Part shown: positions 1 to 12,277 of the stretch, in pieces
Layout: every line of letters starts with the position of its first letter
Position numbering within the stretch: position 1 is the stretch's first letter
Assembly (NCBI GenBank): GCA_963782055.1
Contig: CAWAIF010000003.1
Coordinates: 4,224,001-4,288,000 of the forward strand
From: an uncultured delta proteobacterium
GTDB lineage: Bacteria; Myxococcota_A; Polyangia; Polyangiales; Polyangiaceae
Direction: 5' to 3'
Length of the DNA: 64,000 nucleotides
The notes under the pieces: generated by a model
Told to the model about the DNA's origin: nothing
Database searches by the model: none
The model's input: only the letters and a program-made list of their open reading frames with translations
Position numbers and translations under genes: made by a program

Positions 1-29
1 GCGCGTTCGGTGGTGAACTCGCGGGGGCC

Positions 30-1349
30 CTACTCTTCTCCCCCTCTCCCTCGTAGGGAGAGGGGGCCGGGGGGTGAGGCGGGGCCGGGGGGTGAGGCGG
101 GGCCGGGGGGTGAGGCGGGGCCGGGGGGTGAGGCCATCTCCATCATCCGAGCGCGCACGTCCGTACGCCAGCGTACGTCCTCCCCGAACACGTCCCCGGA
201 GAGGAGCGAGGAGATGGAGCGTCGCAAGAACTCGTGCTTGTTCTCGGCGAAGAGGTAGCGCAGCAGCCCACCGCCGTAGAACGCGCGCACGGCCGCGAGG
301 AAGAGGTCCGCGCCGCGCTGGGTCTCGGCGTCCCACGCGGCGAAGCGCGCCGCCGACACGTCGTCCGCGGCGAGCGCGCGATCGATCGCCTCCGCCGCGC
401 ACGCGCCCCCGTGCACCGCGATGTGCGCGCCGGAGGAGAAGAGCGGGTCGATGAAGCCCCCTGCGTCCCCCACCAGCAGCCAGCCATCACCCGCGCGCCG
501 GGAGACGGAGTAGCTGAAATCGGCGGCGGCGCGCGCCGGCCACAGCCGCTGGGCCGAGGCGAGCATCTGGCGGGCGGTGGGTGACTCCGCCACCGCGGCG
601 TCCAGCATGGCGCTCGCGTCCTGCTCGCCGCCGCGCCGCGCCTGCACCCACGCGCGCGGGACCACGGCGCCCACGCTGCATCGTCCGTCCTTGAAGGGGA
701 TGAACCACAACCAACCGGACGCCGTCACCACGATGTCGATGTCACCCTCCGCGCGCCCCTCGCCGCGCGGCACGCCCCTGAAGTGCGTGTAGAATGCACA
801 TTGATCCAGGCCCGCGACGCGCGCCGCCGTGCCGGCGCGCCGGGCCAGCAGCGCCGAGCGGCCGGACGCGTCCACCACCACGCGTGCGGCGAGCGCGTGC
901 GCCTCGCCGGCGGGGTCCACCGCCTCCACGCCCGTCGCCCGGTCTCCCTCGAAGCGCGCCGAGACCGCGCTCCACCCCTGCCGCACCTCCGCACCCAGAC
1001 GCTCGGCGTGGTGGAGCAGCACCAGGTCCAGCTCGTCGCGCGGCGCCTCGAAGGAGTGATCGAACGCGGGGTCGAAGGCCGAGGTGAAGTCGAAGTGCAC
1101 CCTGCGGCCGGTGCGGTCGTCGTGGAAGCGCGCGCCGTACTTCCACAGGAAGCGCTCGCGCAGCTCTGGAAGCACCCCCAGCGTCTCGAAGGTGGAGAGC
1201 GAGCACGGCAGGAGCGACTCGCCGAGGTGGAAGCGCGGGAAGCGCTCCTTCTCCAGCAGCAGCACGCGGCGGCCGAGCTGCGCGAGGCGCGCGGCGGTGA
1301 CCGACCCGCCCGGACCTCCTCCCACGACGATGACGTCCCAGCCGGCCAC
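30..1349 (-). CDS. Flavin-dependent halogenase-like / NAD(P)/FAD-dependent oxidoreductase
   Basis: GGGPGG FAD motif, FPRFHLGESL, F-x-x-K-x-GA (halogenase-type Lys), GWLWFIP (WxWxIP), GDAGGFIDPLFSSG. Start placed at GTG 1349 inside ORF 30..1385. Confidence 0.8.
   Translation of the reverse strand: MAGWDVIVVGGGPGGSVTAARLAQLGRRVLLLEKERFPRFHLGESLLPCSLSTFETLGVLPELRERFLWKYGARFHDDRTGRRVHFDFTSAFDPAFDHSFEAPRDELDLVLLHHAERLGAEVRQGWSAVSARFEGDRATGVEAVDPAGEAHALAARVVVDASGRSALLARRAGTAARVAGLDQCAFYTHFRGVPRGEGRAEGDIDIVVTASGWLWFIPFKDGRCSVGAVVPRAWVQARRGGEQDASAMLDAAVAESPTARQMLASAQRLWPARAAADFSYSVSRRAGDGWLLVGDAGGFIDPLFSSGAHIAVHGGACAAEAIDRALAADDVSAARFAAWDAETQRGADLFLAAVRAFYGGGLLRYLFAENKHEFLRRSISSLLSGDVFGEDVRWRTDVRARMMEMASPPGPASPPGPASPPGPASPPGPLSLRGRGGEE
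40..134. repeat. REP-like hairpin plus 4 x 18-bp tandem repeat
   Basis: 12-bp stem CCCCCTCTCCCT/AGGGAGAGGGGG (40-51/55-66), then GGGGCCGGGGGGTGAGGC at 63-80, 81-98, 99-116 and 117-134. Confidence 0.9.
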
Positions 1350-1432
1350 GCCCGAAGGGTGGCAAGCGAGTGCGCGACAAGTCAAGCGCGCCGGCCTTTC
1401 CGACGGGACGTTCGTCCCTATACCCTCCGGCG

Positions 1433-2695
1433 ATGGCCGAACGCCCTCCGCGTCCGAAGGTCGTGGTCGTCGGCGCGGGCTTCGGCGGACTGCGTGTCGC
1501 CAGGAGCCTGCGCCGCGCGCCGGTGGACGTGACCGTGGTGGACAAGCGCAACCACCACCTCTTCCAGCCGCTCCTCTACCAGGTCGCCACCGCCGCGCTC
1601 TCCGCCACCGACATCGCCGCGCCCATCCGCAACGTGCTCCGCGGCTGCGACAACTGTCGCGTGCTGCTCGCCCGCGTGACGGAGATCGACGTGACCGCGC
1701 GGGAGGTGCGGACGGCGGACGGCGAGGCGATCCCCTACGACCACCTGGTGCTCGCGGTCGGGATGACCAACGGCTACTTCGGCCACGACGAGTGGCAGCG
1801 GGACGCGCCCGGGCTGAAGTCGCTGGAGGAGGCGCTGGAGATCCGCCGGCGCGTGCTGCTCGCTTACGAGAACGCCGAGCGCGCGACCGCGGAGGAGGAG
1901 CGCCGGGAGTTTCTGACCTTCGTGGTGATCGGAGGTGGCGCGACGGGTGTGGAGCTCGCCGGCGCGCTGGCGGAGATCGCCCGGCGGACCATGACCCGCA
2001 ACTTTCGCTCCTTCGACCCGGGCAGCGCGCGCGTCATCCTGCTGGAGGGCGGATCGCGCCTGCTGCCCGCCTTCCCGACCGAGCTCTCCGAGCGCGTGCG
2101 CGCCGACCTGGAGGAGCTCGGCGTGGAGGTGCGGCTGGGCGTGCGCGCGCAGGAGGTGGACGCCGAGGGCGTGCGCATCGACGGCGAGCGCGTGCGGGCG
2201 CGCACGACGCTCTGGGCAGCGGGCGTGCAGGGCGTTCCGCTCGTCAAGACGCTGGGCGTCGAGCTCGACCGGCAGGGGCGCGTCCCGGTGACGCGCCATC
2301 TGCGCGTGAAGGGGGTGGACGGCGTCTTTGCCATCGGCGACATCGCCGCCTTCGAGCAGGACGGCGAGCCCCTCCCCGGCGTCGCGCAGGTCGCGCTGCA
2401 GCAGGGCGAGTGCGTCGCGGAGAACGTGATGCACGCCGTGCGTGACGAGCCGCTGGCGCCGTTTCGCTACCACGACCTCGGCACCATGGCGACGATCGGG
2501 CGAAGCCGCGCGGTGGCGGTGCTGGGCAAGATGCGCCTCACAGGCTTCGTCGCGTGGTGCGCGTGGCTCTTCGTCCACCTCATGGCGCTGGTGGGCTTCC
2601 GCAATCGCCTGGTGGTCCTGGTGGAGTGGGCGTACGCGTACCTCAGCTACCAGCGGAGCGCGCGCATCATCCTGAACCGCGCGGTGGACGGCTGA
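1433..2695 (+). CDS. ndh: Type II NADH dehydrogenase (NDH-2)
   Basis: VVVVGAGFGG, NHHLFQPLLYQVAT, VIGGGATGVELAG, AIGD and YHDLGTMATIGR motifs. Confidence 0.9.
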   Translation: MAERPPRPKVVVVGAGFGGLRVARSLRRAPVDVTVVDKRNHHLFQPLLYQVATAALSATDIAAPIRNVLRGCDNCRVLLARVTEIDVTAREVRTADGEAIPYDHLVLAVGMTNGYFGHDEWQRDAPGLKSLEEALEIRRRVLLAYENAERATAEEERREFLTFVVIGGGATGVELAGALAEIARRTMTRNFRSFDPGSARVILLEGGSRLLPAFPTELSERVRADLEELGVEVRLGVRAQEVDAEGVRIDGERVRARTTLWAAGVQGVPLVKTLGVELDRQGRVPVTRHLRVKGVDGVFAIGDIAAFEQDGEPLPGVAQVALQQGECVAENVMHAVRDEPLAPFRYHDLGTMATIGRSRAVAVLGKMRLTGFVAWCAWLFVHLMALVGFRNRLVVLVEWAYAYLSYQRSARIILNRAVDG

Positions 2696-2780
2696 GGCTC
2701 CGGCCCCAAAGCCCTCGTGCGCGGTTCGCCGAGCCGTTGCAATCGCCGCCACACGACTTACGTGAACAAAGGTGAGACGT

Positions 2781-3602
2781 ATGGCCAGCCTGTTCGAGTT
2801 CGAGGAGGTGCGTCGCCCCGCGGTGGCGGGCACCTTCTACCCGGCCGCGCCGGAGGAGCTCGCCGCCGCGGTCGACGCCTTCCTGGCGGACGTGCCCGCC
2901 TCTGCCGGCGCGCCGCCCAAGGCCGTGGTGGTGCCGCACGCGGGCTACGTCTACTCCGGCCCCATCGCGGCCAGCGCCTACGCGGCGCTTCGTCCGCTCG
3001 CTTCGCGCGTGACCTGCGTCGTGATGGTCGGCCCGGCGCACCGCGCGCGCGTGGAGGGCCTCGCGTCTCCCGGCGCGCGCGCCCTGCGCACGCCCCTCGG
3101 CGACATCCCGGTCGATCTCGACGCGCTCGCCGCCATCCCGTCGGTGGTGTCGAGCCCACGCGCCCACGCACGCGAGCACTCGCTCGAGGTGCAGCTCCCC
3201 TTCGTGCAGCGCGTGCTGCCGCGCGCGCGCATCGTCCCGCTGGTCGTCGGCTACGCCTCGGCCGAGCACGTGGGCCGCGTGCTCGAGACGCTCTGGGGCG
3301 GCGAGGAGACGGTCGTCGTCGTGAGCTCCGACCTGTCGCACTACCTGCCATACGCCCAGGGCCGCTTGCTGGACGAGGACACCGCGCGGCGCATCGTCGC
3401 GCTGGAGGGCGGCCTCGTTGGCGAGGACGCGTGCGGCTGCGCCGGCATCAACGGCCTGCTCTGGCTGGCCCGGCGCCGCGGCCTGGAAGCCCGCGTCATC
3501 GATCTGCGCAGCTCCGGCGACACGGCGGGCTCGCGCGACGCGGTCGTCGGCTACGGCGCCTTCGGCTTCTACGAGAGGGACCCGCGTGCTCTCGCCTCGT
3601 GA
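2781..3602 (+). CDS. amrB: AmmeMemoRadiSam system protein B (MEMO1 family)
   Basis: RRPAVAGTFYP, VPHAGYVYSG, EHSLEVQLPF, SSDLSHY, VVGY. Confidence 0.9.
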   Translation: MASLFEFEEVRRPAVAGTFYPAAPEELAAAVDAFLADVPASAGAPPKAVVVPHAGYVYSGPIAASAYAALRPLASRVTCVVMVGPAHRARVEGLASPGARALRTPLGDIPVDLDALAAIPSVVSSPRAHAREHSLEVQLPFVQRVLPRARIVPLVVGYASAEHVGRVLETLWGGEETVVVVSSDLSHYLPYAQGRLLDEDTARRIVALEGGLVGEDACGCAGINGLLWLARRRGLEARVIDLRSSGDTAGSRDAVVGYGAFGFYERDPRALAS

Positions 3603-4181
3603 CGGGGCGGAGCTCGCTCGGTTCGCGCGCGCGTGCGTGCGGGAGGAGCTCGGCGGCGCGCCCGCCGCGTGGCCGACAGAGACCTGGTGCCGCGAGCCGG
3701 GCGCCAGCTTCGTCACGCTGCGGTGGCGCGAGCAGGTCGGCGGTCGGCTGCAGGGGTGCATCGGCTCGCTGGTCGCGCGGCGTCCGCTCGCGCACGACGT
3801 CGCGCACAACGCCCTCGCCGCGGCCTTCCGCGACCCGCGCGGCGCGCGCCTGAGCCTGCCCGCGCTCGACGAGCTTCATGTGGAGGTCTCGGTCCTCTCC
3901 CCGCTGGAGACGATCGACTTCGACGGGAGCGAGGACGGCGCGCTGGCCGCGCTGCGCCCCGGCGTGGACGGCGTCGTGCTCTCCTGGGGCGGGCGGCGCG
4001 GCACCTTCCTGCCCGTCATGTGGGAGCAGCTCCCCACCCCCCGCATCTTCCTGGACGAGCTGAAGCAGAAGGCGCGGCTCCCCGCGAGCTTCTGGGCGCC
4101 CGGCGTGGAGCTGCAGCGCTACACCGCGCAGAAGCTCGTCGACCCGTCGCCGCGCGCGCTCGCGAGCGAGAACGCGTCCGC

Positions 4182-4185
<4 letters not shown>
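3586..4185 (+). CDS. amrA: AmmeMemoRadiSam system protein A (AMMECR1 family)
   Basis: ASFVTL, LQGCIGSL, AAFRDPR, EVSVLSP, TFLPVMWEQL. GTG start preceded by GAGAGGG. Confidence 0.88.
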
Positions 4186-5264
<1,079 letters not shown>

Positions 5265-5376
5265 GCGAGCCCCGCCGCGGCATCGTGCCCCCCACGGGCC
5301 GTGACCGTTGCGGTGCGCGGTGATGGCGCTCTAGGCTGCGGGACTGCGCGCCGGTGCGCCGTGCGAGGAGGATCCC

Positions 5377-7452
5377 GTGGCCGCGAACATGGATACGACC
5401 TGCATCAACACCATCCGCACCCTTGCGATGGACGCCGTGCAGCAGGCGAAGTCGGGACACCCGGGCACGCCGATGGCGATGGCGCCGGTGGCCTACACCC
5501 TCTGGCAGCGCTTCCTGCGCTTCGACCCGCACGATCCCATCTGGCCCAACCGCGACCGCTTCGTCCTCTCTGCCGGTCACGCCTCCACGCTGCTGTACGC
5601 GATGCTGCACCTGACGCAGACGCGCGCGGTCAACCCGCAGTACGAGCGGCTGGGCACGGTGTCGGTGCCGCTGGAGGACCTGAAGCGCTTCCGGCAGTTC
5701 GAGAGCCGCTGCCCCGGTCACCCGGAGTACCGCTGGACGAGCGGCGTGGAGACGACGACCGGCCCGCTCGGCCAGGGCCTGGCGAACAGCGTCGGCATGG
5801 CGATCGCCGAGCGATGGATGCGCGAGCACTTCAACCGGCCCGGCTTCGACATGTTCGACTACGACGTCTACGCCCTCGCCGGCGACGGCTGCATGATGGA
5901 GGGCGTCTCCAGCGAGGCGGCCTCGCTCGCCGGGCACCTCGGGCTCTCCAACCTCTGCTGGATCTACGACAACAACCACATCACCATCGAGGGCAACACC
6001 GCCCTCGCCTTCACCGAGGACGTCGCCGCGCGCTTCATGGGCTACGGCTGGAACGTCCTGCGCGTGGGCGACGCGAACGACACCGAGCTGCTCGCGCGCG
6101 CCTTCGGCACCTTCCTCAAGACGCAGGACCGCCCGACGCTCATCGTCGTCGACTCGCACATCGCCTACGGCGCGCCCAGCAAGCAGGACACCAGCGCCGC
6201 GCACGGCGAGCCGCTGGGCGAGGAGGAGATCCGCCTCACCAAGAAGGGCTACGGCTGGCCCGAGGACGCGAAGTTCCTGGTGCCGGAGGGCGTCTACGAG
6301 CACTTCCAGAAGGGCATCGGCACGCGCGGCAAGGACGCGCGCGAGGCCTGGATGACCAAGTTCGAGGAGTACAAGAAGAAGCACCCCGAGCTGGCGGATC
6401 AGCTCTTCCGGATGCAGCACCGCCAGCTCCCCGAGCACTGGGACAAGGACATCCCCACCTTCCCCGCCGACCCTGCGGGCCTCGCCAGCCGCGACTCCTC
6501 GGGCAAGGTGCTCAACGCCCTCGCCAAGAACATCCCGTGGCTCATGGGCGGCGCGGCGGACCTGGCGCCCTCCACCAAGACACGCCTCACCTTCGAGGGC
6601 GCGGGCGACCTGCAGCCGGACACGCCCGGCGGCCGCAACATGCACTTCGGCGTGCGCGAGCACGCCATGGGCGCGGTGCTCAACGGTCTGGCGCTCTCCA
6701 AGGTGCGCGCCTTCGGCTCCGGCTTCCTCATCTTCAGCGACTACATGCGCGCGCCGGTCCGCCTGGCGGCGATCATGGAGCTGCCGGTGGTCTTCATCTT
6801 CACGCACGACTCCATCGGCGTGGGGGAGGACGGCCCGACGCACCAGCCCATCGAGCAGATCGCCTCGCTCCGCGCCATCCCCGGCCTGGTGACGCTGCGA
6901 CCGGGCGACGCCAACGAGGTCGTCGAGGCGTGGCGGTGGATCGCCGAGCAGCGCCACACCCCGGCGGTGATGGTGCTCAGCCGGCAGAAGCTGCCCACGC
7001 TCGACCGCACCAAGGTGGCGCCCGCCGCCGGCGTGCGGCACGGCGCGTACGTGCTGGCCGACGCGCCCGGCGGCAAGCCGGAGGTGATCCTCATCGGCAC
7101 CGGGAGCGAGGTTTCGCTGTGCCTCCAGGCGAAGGAGCTACTCGACAAGGAGAAGATCGCCGCGCGCGTGGTGAGCATGCCGAGCTGGGAGCTGTTCGAG
7201 GAGCAGAGCCCGGCGTACCGCGAGAGCGTGCTGCCCGACGCGGTGCGCGCGCGCGTCGCGGTGGAGCAGGCGTCCACCTTCGGGTGGGAGCGCTACGTCG
7301 GCCGCCACGGCGCCATCGTCGGCATGTCCAGCTTCGGCGCGTCGGCGCCGCTCAAGGACCTGCAGAAGAAGTTCGGCTTCTTGCCCGAGCGCGTCGCCGC
7401 GACGGCCAAGGAGCAGCTCCGCATACGGACGCAGCGGCACGAGGCGGAGTGA
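5377..7452 (+). CDS. tkt: Transketolase
   Basis: KSGHPG, NRDRFVLSAGH, GDGCMMEG, FGVREHAM, THDSIGVGEDGPTHQP. SD GAGGAGG. Confidence 0.97.
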   Translation: MAANMDTTCINTIRTLAMDAVQQAKSGHPGTPMAMAPVAYTLWQRFLRFDPHDPIWPNRDRFVLSAGHASTLLYAMLHLTQTRAVNPQYERLGTVSVPLEDLKRFRQFESRCPGHPEYRWTSGVETTTGPLGQGLANSVGMAIAERWMREHFNRPGFDMFDYDVYALAGDGCMMEGVSSEAASLAGHLGLSNLCWIYDNNHITIEGNTALAFTEDVAARFMGYGWNVLRVGDANDTELLARAFGTFLKTQDRPTLIVVDSHIAYGAPSKQDTSAAHGEPLGEEEIRLTKKGYGWPEDAKFLVPEGVYEHFQKGIGTRGKDAREAWMTKFEEYKKKHPELADQLFRMQHRQLPEHWDKDIPTFPADPAGLASRDSSGKVLNALAKNIPWLMGGAADLAPSTKTRLTFEGAGDLQPDTPGGRNMHFGVREHAMGAVLNGLALSKVRAFGSGFLIFSDYMRAPVRLAAIMELPVVFIFTHDSIGVGEDGPTHQPIEQIASLRAIPGLVTLRPGDANEVVEAWRWIAEQRHTPAVMVLSRQKLPTLDRTKVAPAAGVRHGAYVLADAPGGKPEVILIGTGSEVSLCLQAKELLDKEKIAARVVSMPSWELFEEQSPAYRESVLPDAVRARVAVEQASTFGWERYVGRHGAIVGMSSFGASAPLKDLQKKFGFLPERVAATAKEQLRIRTQRHEAE

Positions 7453-7501
7453 ATCGCGGACCCCAGACCATCCGGCGCAGCGCACGACCCGAGAGGAAGC
7501 C

Positions 7502-9070
<1,569 letters not shown>

Positions 9071-9074
9071 GCGG

Positions 9075-10940
9075 TCACTCCCAGCCGCACCTCTCCCCGG
9101 CGTTCTCCTTCTTCAGCGTCTCGAGCAGGGGCGCGTAGTAGCGCGCCATCGCGCCGACGGAGAGGTCCTCGCCGGTCGCCTCCTTCAGGACGGCGCGCCA
9201 GTCGCGCGTGTCGCCCAGCGCGAGGATGCGCCGCAGGGCGTCGCCCACCTGCTTGTTGCCGTAGTAGGTGCAGGCGTGCGGGTCGGCGTGGACGATGTCC
9301 CTGCAGAAGTGCTCGTGGAGCTGGAACTTGATGAGGGTGGCGAGGGCGTAGTCGTAGTACTGCCCCGGGTCGTCGTTGATGTGCGTCTTGGAGCACGCGT
9401 CGCAGGTGGACTCGTCGCGCGGCACCGGCGGCGCGACGCCCTGGTAGTCGGCCACGTACTTCCACCAGCGGGCGTTGAGCTCGGAGGCGGGCAGGTCGCC
9501 GGCGTAGAGGTCGCGCTCGTAATGCGACATCGTCCCGGCGGCGAAGGCGAAGAAGACCGGACCCTTCTCGAGGGCCTGGTCGAGCAGCATGGCGCTGGCG
9601 TCCAGCTTCTGCCCGGCGGGGAGCAGGCCCACCGCGCGCAGGTACGGCTCCTGCCGCACGCTCAGGGCGATGAGCTCGCCGACGCCCTCGTGGAAGGCGC
9701 GGTTGGCGCCGCGGCGCAGCACCGGCGGGACCGCGTCGTTGGCGTAGGAGAGGTAGTAGTAGATGTGCCCGAGCTCGTGGTGCGCGGTGAGGAACCAGTC
9801 CTCGCTCGGCTCGATGCTCATCAGCGAGCGCACGTCCTTCTGCAGGTCCATGTGCCAGGCGGTGGCGTGCGAGTTCTTCTTGCGCGCCTCGCCGGGCTTC
9901 ACCGGGTACAGGTCGCTGTGGTCCCAGAAGGCCTTGGGCAGCGCGGGGAAGCCCATCGACTGGTAGTAGCGCTCCGCCTGGGCCGGGAAGTACGTCGCCG
10001 GCTTCGACTTGAACAGGGCGTCGAGGTTCACCGCCGCGACGATGCCCGGCCACGACTGCGCCCAGCGGTTGCCGACCCAGTCGGCGGGGATGAGGCGGGG
10101 CTCCTTCTGGTGGTAGCGCGCGGCGAGGGTCTTGCGGGCGTAGCAGTGGAGCTGCACGAAGAGCGGGCGAAGCGTCGCGAGGGCGTCGTCGAGGAGCTTC
10201 ATCATCTCGGCCGTCGTCATGCCGTAATCGGCGATCTGCAGGGCGTAGAAGTCGCGGTACCCCAGCTCGCGGGACGTGGCGTTGCGCAGGTCGCGCAGCT
10301 CGAGGATCCCGGGGCGGAGCGGCGTGCCGATGTCCTTGGAGGCGAGCCAGGCGGTGCGGCGAGCGCCGAGATCGCGGGAGGACCGCAGGACGTCGTCGAT
10401 GTCGTTGGCGGAGGCCGTCTTGACGCACTTCGCGCCGCGCCGCCTCAGGCAGTAGACGAAGCCGTCCTGGATCTTGGACTGCCGCGCCTCGGCGGCGACG
10501 CGCCTGGCCAGAAGGGCGCGGTTGGTCGCGGGCGCGGACGCGGCGTCGAGCAGGATGACGCGGAGCTGGCGCACGGTGAGGTCGTCCAGCTCCTTGGCGT
10601 GAGCGAGCAGCTCGCGCGCGCGGCGGATGACGTAGGCGCTGCCGGTGAAGCCCGCCATCACCTGGTCGGCGCCCTCGCGCGCGCCGGCGTGCTCGTCGGA
10701 GACGTCGGTGACCGACGTCCACTCGGCGTCCTGCACCTCCGCGGTCACGTCCAGGATCACGTTGTTGTAGAATGCAAGGAACTGCCTGGCGTCCTCGGCG
10801 ACGCCGCCGGGGCCGGCGACGGCGGGTGCGGGTGCGGTGGCCGTCGAGGGACAGGGCGCCGCCGCGGGGGCGGCCGGCACGGCGGCGCAGGCGGCGAGGG
10901 CGAGCGCGAGGGGGCAGGCGGAGAGCAAGAGGCGACGCAT
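9075..10940 (-). CDS. Peptidyl-dipeptidase A (ACE-like, peptidase M2) lipoprotein
   Basis: Lipobox LAAC, HHELGHIYY zinc motif, GANRAFHEGVGE, HINDDP..YYDY. Confidence 0.9.
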   Translation of the reverse strand: MRRLLLSACPLALALAACAAVPAAPAAAPCPSTATAPAPAVAGPGGVAEDARQFLAFYNNVILDVTAEVQDAEWTSVTDVSDEHAGAREGADQVMAGFTGSAYVIRRARELLAHAKELDDLTVRQLRVILLDAASAPATNRALLARRVAAEARQSKIQDGFVYCLRRRGAKCVKTASANDIDDVLRSSRDLGARRTAWLASKDIGTPLRPGILELRDLRNATSRELGYRDFYALQIADYGMTTAEMMKLLDDALATLRPLFVQLHCYARKTLAARYHQKEPRLIPADWVGNRWAQSWPGIVAAVNLDALFKSKPATYFPAQAERYYQSMGFPALPKAFWDHSDLYPVKPGEARKKNSHATAWHMDLQKDVRSLMSIEPSEDWFLTAHHELGHIYYYLSYANDAVPPVLRRGANRAFHEGVGELIALSVRQEPYLRAVGLLPAGQKLDASAMLLDQALEKGPVFFAFAAGTMSHYERDLYAGDLPASELNARWWKYVADYQGVAPPVPRDESTCDACSKTHINDDPGQYYDYALATLIKFQLHEHFCRDIVHADPHACTYYGNKQVGDALRRILALGDTRDWRAVLKEATGEDLSVGAMARYYAPLLETLKKENAGERCGWE

Positions 10941-10974
10941 GGCAGACCACTACCGGAACCCGCGCCCCCTGCCG

Positions 10975-11272
10975 AGGGAGGAAGCCCCACCCCGAGCCCC
11001 TCCGCCCCCATCCCCGCGGAATCCCAGCGAAACGTCGGATTGCTAGCACGCTCGCACTCCGACGTTTGGGCCCGGGAGGGAGGGAGGCCCACCCCGAGGC
11101 CCCCGCCCCCATCCCCCCAGAATCCCAGCGAAACGTCCGATTGCTAGCACGCTCGCACTCCGACGTTTGGCCCCGGGAGGGAGGAAGGCCCACCCCGAAG
11201 CCCCCGCCTCCATCCCCCCAGAATCCCAGCGAAACGTCCGATTGCTAGCACGCTCGCACTCCGACGTTTGGC
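10975..11272. repeat. 3 x 101-bp intergenic tandem repeat with a hairpin core
   Basis: Core GAATCCCAGCGAAACGTCSGATTGCTAGCACGCTCGCACTCCGACGTTTGG starts at 11019, 11120 and 11221. The linkers are also near-identical. Confidence 0.92.
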
Positions 11273-11323
11273 CGCCGGGGCGGGAGGAGGGGGGGCGGGG
11301 CGCGGATTTTTGTTTGGCGAACT

Positions 11324-11338
11324 TGAAAGTGATTTTCA
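11324..11338. promoter_or_regulatory. Fur-box-like 7-1-7 inverted repeat
   Basis: TGAAAGT-G-ATTTTCA in an AT-rich patch, next to a -10-like TACGAT (11341-11346), about 50 bp upstream of a secreted-protein gene. Confidence 0.55.
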
Positions 11339-11388
11339 TTTACGATAGGGTCCTGCGCCTGCTCCCTGCGGGGATCGCAGCTCCGCCC

Positions 11389-12201
11389 ATGCGACACCTC
11401 CGAACAGGTCTTGCCCTCTCTGCCTTCGCCCTGCTGCTGCCCGCGAGCAGCTGGGCCAGCCCGCGTCCTCTGCCCTTCACCTACGGCACCGCCACCAACG
11501 GCAAGGGGGAGAGCGAGATCGAGCAGTACGTCGACCTGGTGCCCCTCTACGCCCGCGACGCGCAGACGGGCACGCCCGTGCGCTACCTCGCCTCGCAGCT
11601 CCAGACCGAGCTGGAGTACGGGCTGACCGACAGCCTGGAGCTCGGGCTCTACGTCACCGCCACGCCACACCTGGGGGATGCCTTCACGTCGTACCCGGTG
11701 CTGACGGAGGCGAACGGGTCGAAGCAGCGGCTGCGCTATCGCCTCGCCGACGAGGGCGACTGGCCCGTCGACGTCGCGGTCTACGGGGAGGTGGTGGAGA
11801 ACGAGCGCGAGTTCGAGCTGGAGGCCAAGCTCATCTTGCAGCGGCGGCTCGGCGACTGGCTGCTCGCGGGCAACCTCTCCGCGGAGTACGAGATCTACTA
11901 CGCCGGCCGGCGTGAGGTGGTGCTCGATCCCAGCCTCGGGGTCACCTACCAGGCGACGCCCTCCGTCTTCCCGGGCCTGGAGTACTGGGTGCGCGGCGAG
12001 ATCAACACGCTCGACCCCGGCGATCGCGACTTCAACGACGGGCCTCACCAGTACCTCGGCCCTACCCTGCGCGTCAGCCTCTCGCGCATGTTCATCACCG
12101 CGGGCGCGTACCTGCGACTGGACGACTTCGGGCACCACCTTCAGGTGGGCGATGCGTTCGGCGACAGCTGGTACCGCATGGTGGTGGGCATCTCGCTCTG
12201 A
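11389..12201 (+). CDS. Secreted putative outer-membrane beta-barrel protein of unknown function
   Basis: Signal peptide ending SWA, alternating amphipathic strands (ELEYGLTDSLELGLY, LEAKLILQ), C-terminus WYRMVVGISL. Confidence 0.65.
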   Translation: MRHLRTGLALSAFALLLPASSWASPRPLPFTYGTATNGKGESEIEQYVDLVPLYARDAQTGTPVRYLASQLQTELEYGLTDSLELGLYVTATPHLGDAFTSYPVLTEANGSKQRLRYRLADEGDWPVDVAVYGEVVENEREFELEAKLILQRRLGDWLLAGNLSAEYEIYYAGRREVVLDPSLGVTYQATPSVFPGLEYWVRGEINTLDPGDRDFNDGPHQYLGPTLRVSLSRMFITAGAYLRLDDFGHHLQVGDAFGDSWYRMVVGISL

Positions 12202-12277
12202 GGGGCCCCTCCCCACCGGCCCTGCGGCCTCCGAGCGCCCACCGCGTGGGCGTCGCCATCGGCTATGATGGCGCGCG

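Noticed and set aside
10975..11272. CRISPR array
   Set aside because: The intervening sequences are near-identical rather than unique spacers, there are only three units, and no cas genes are present.
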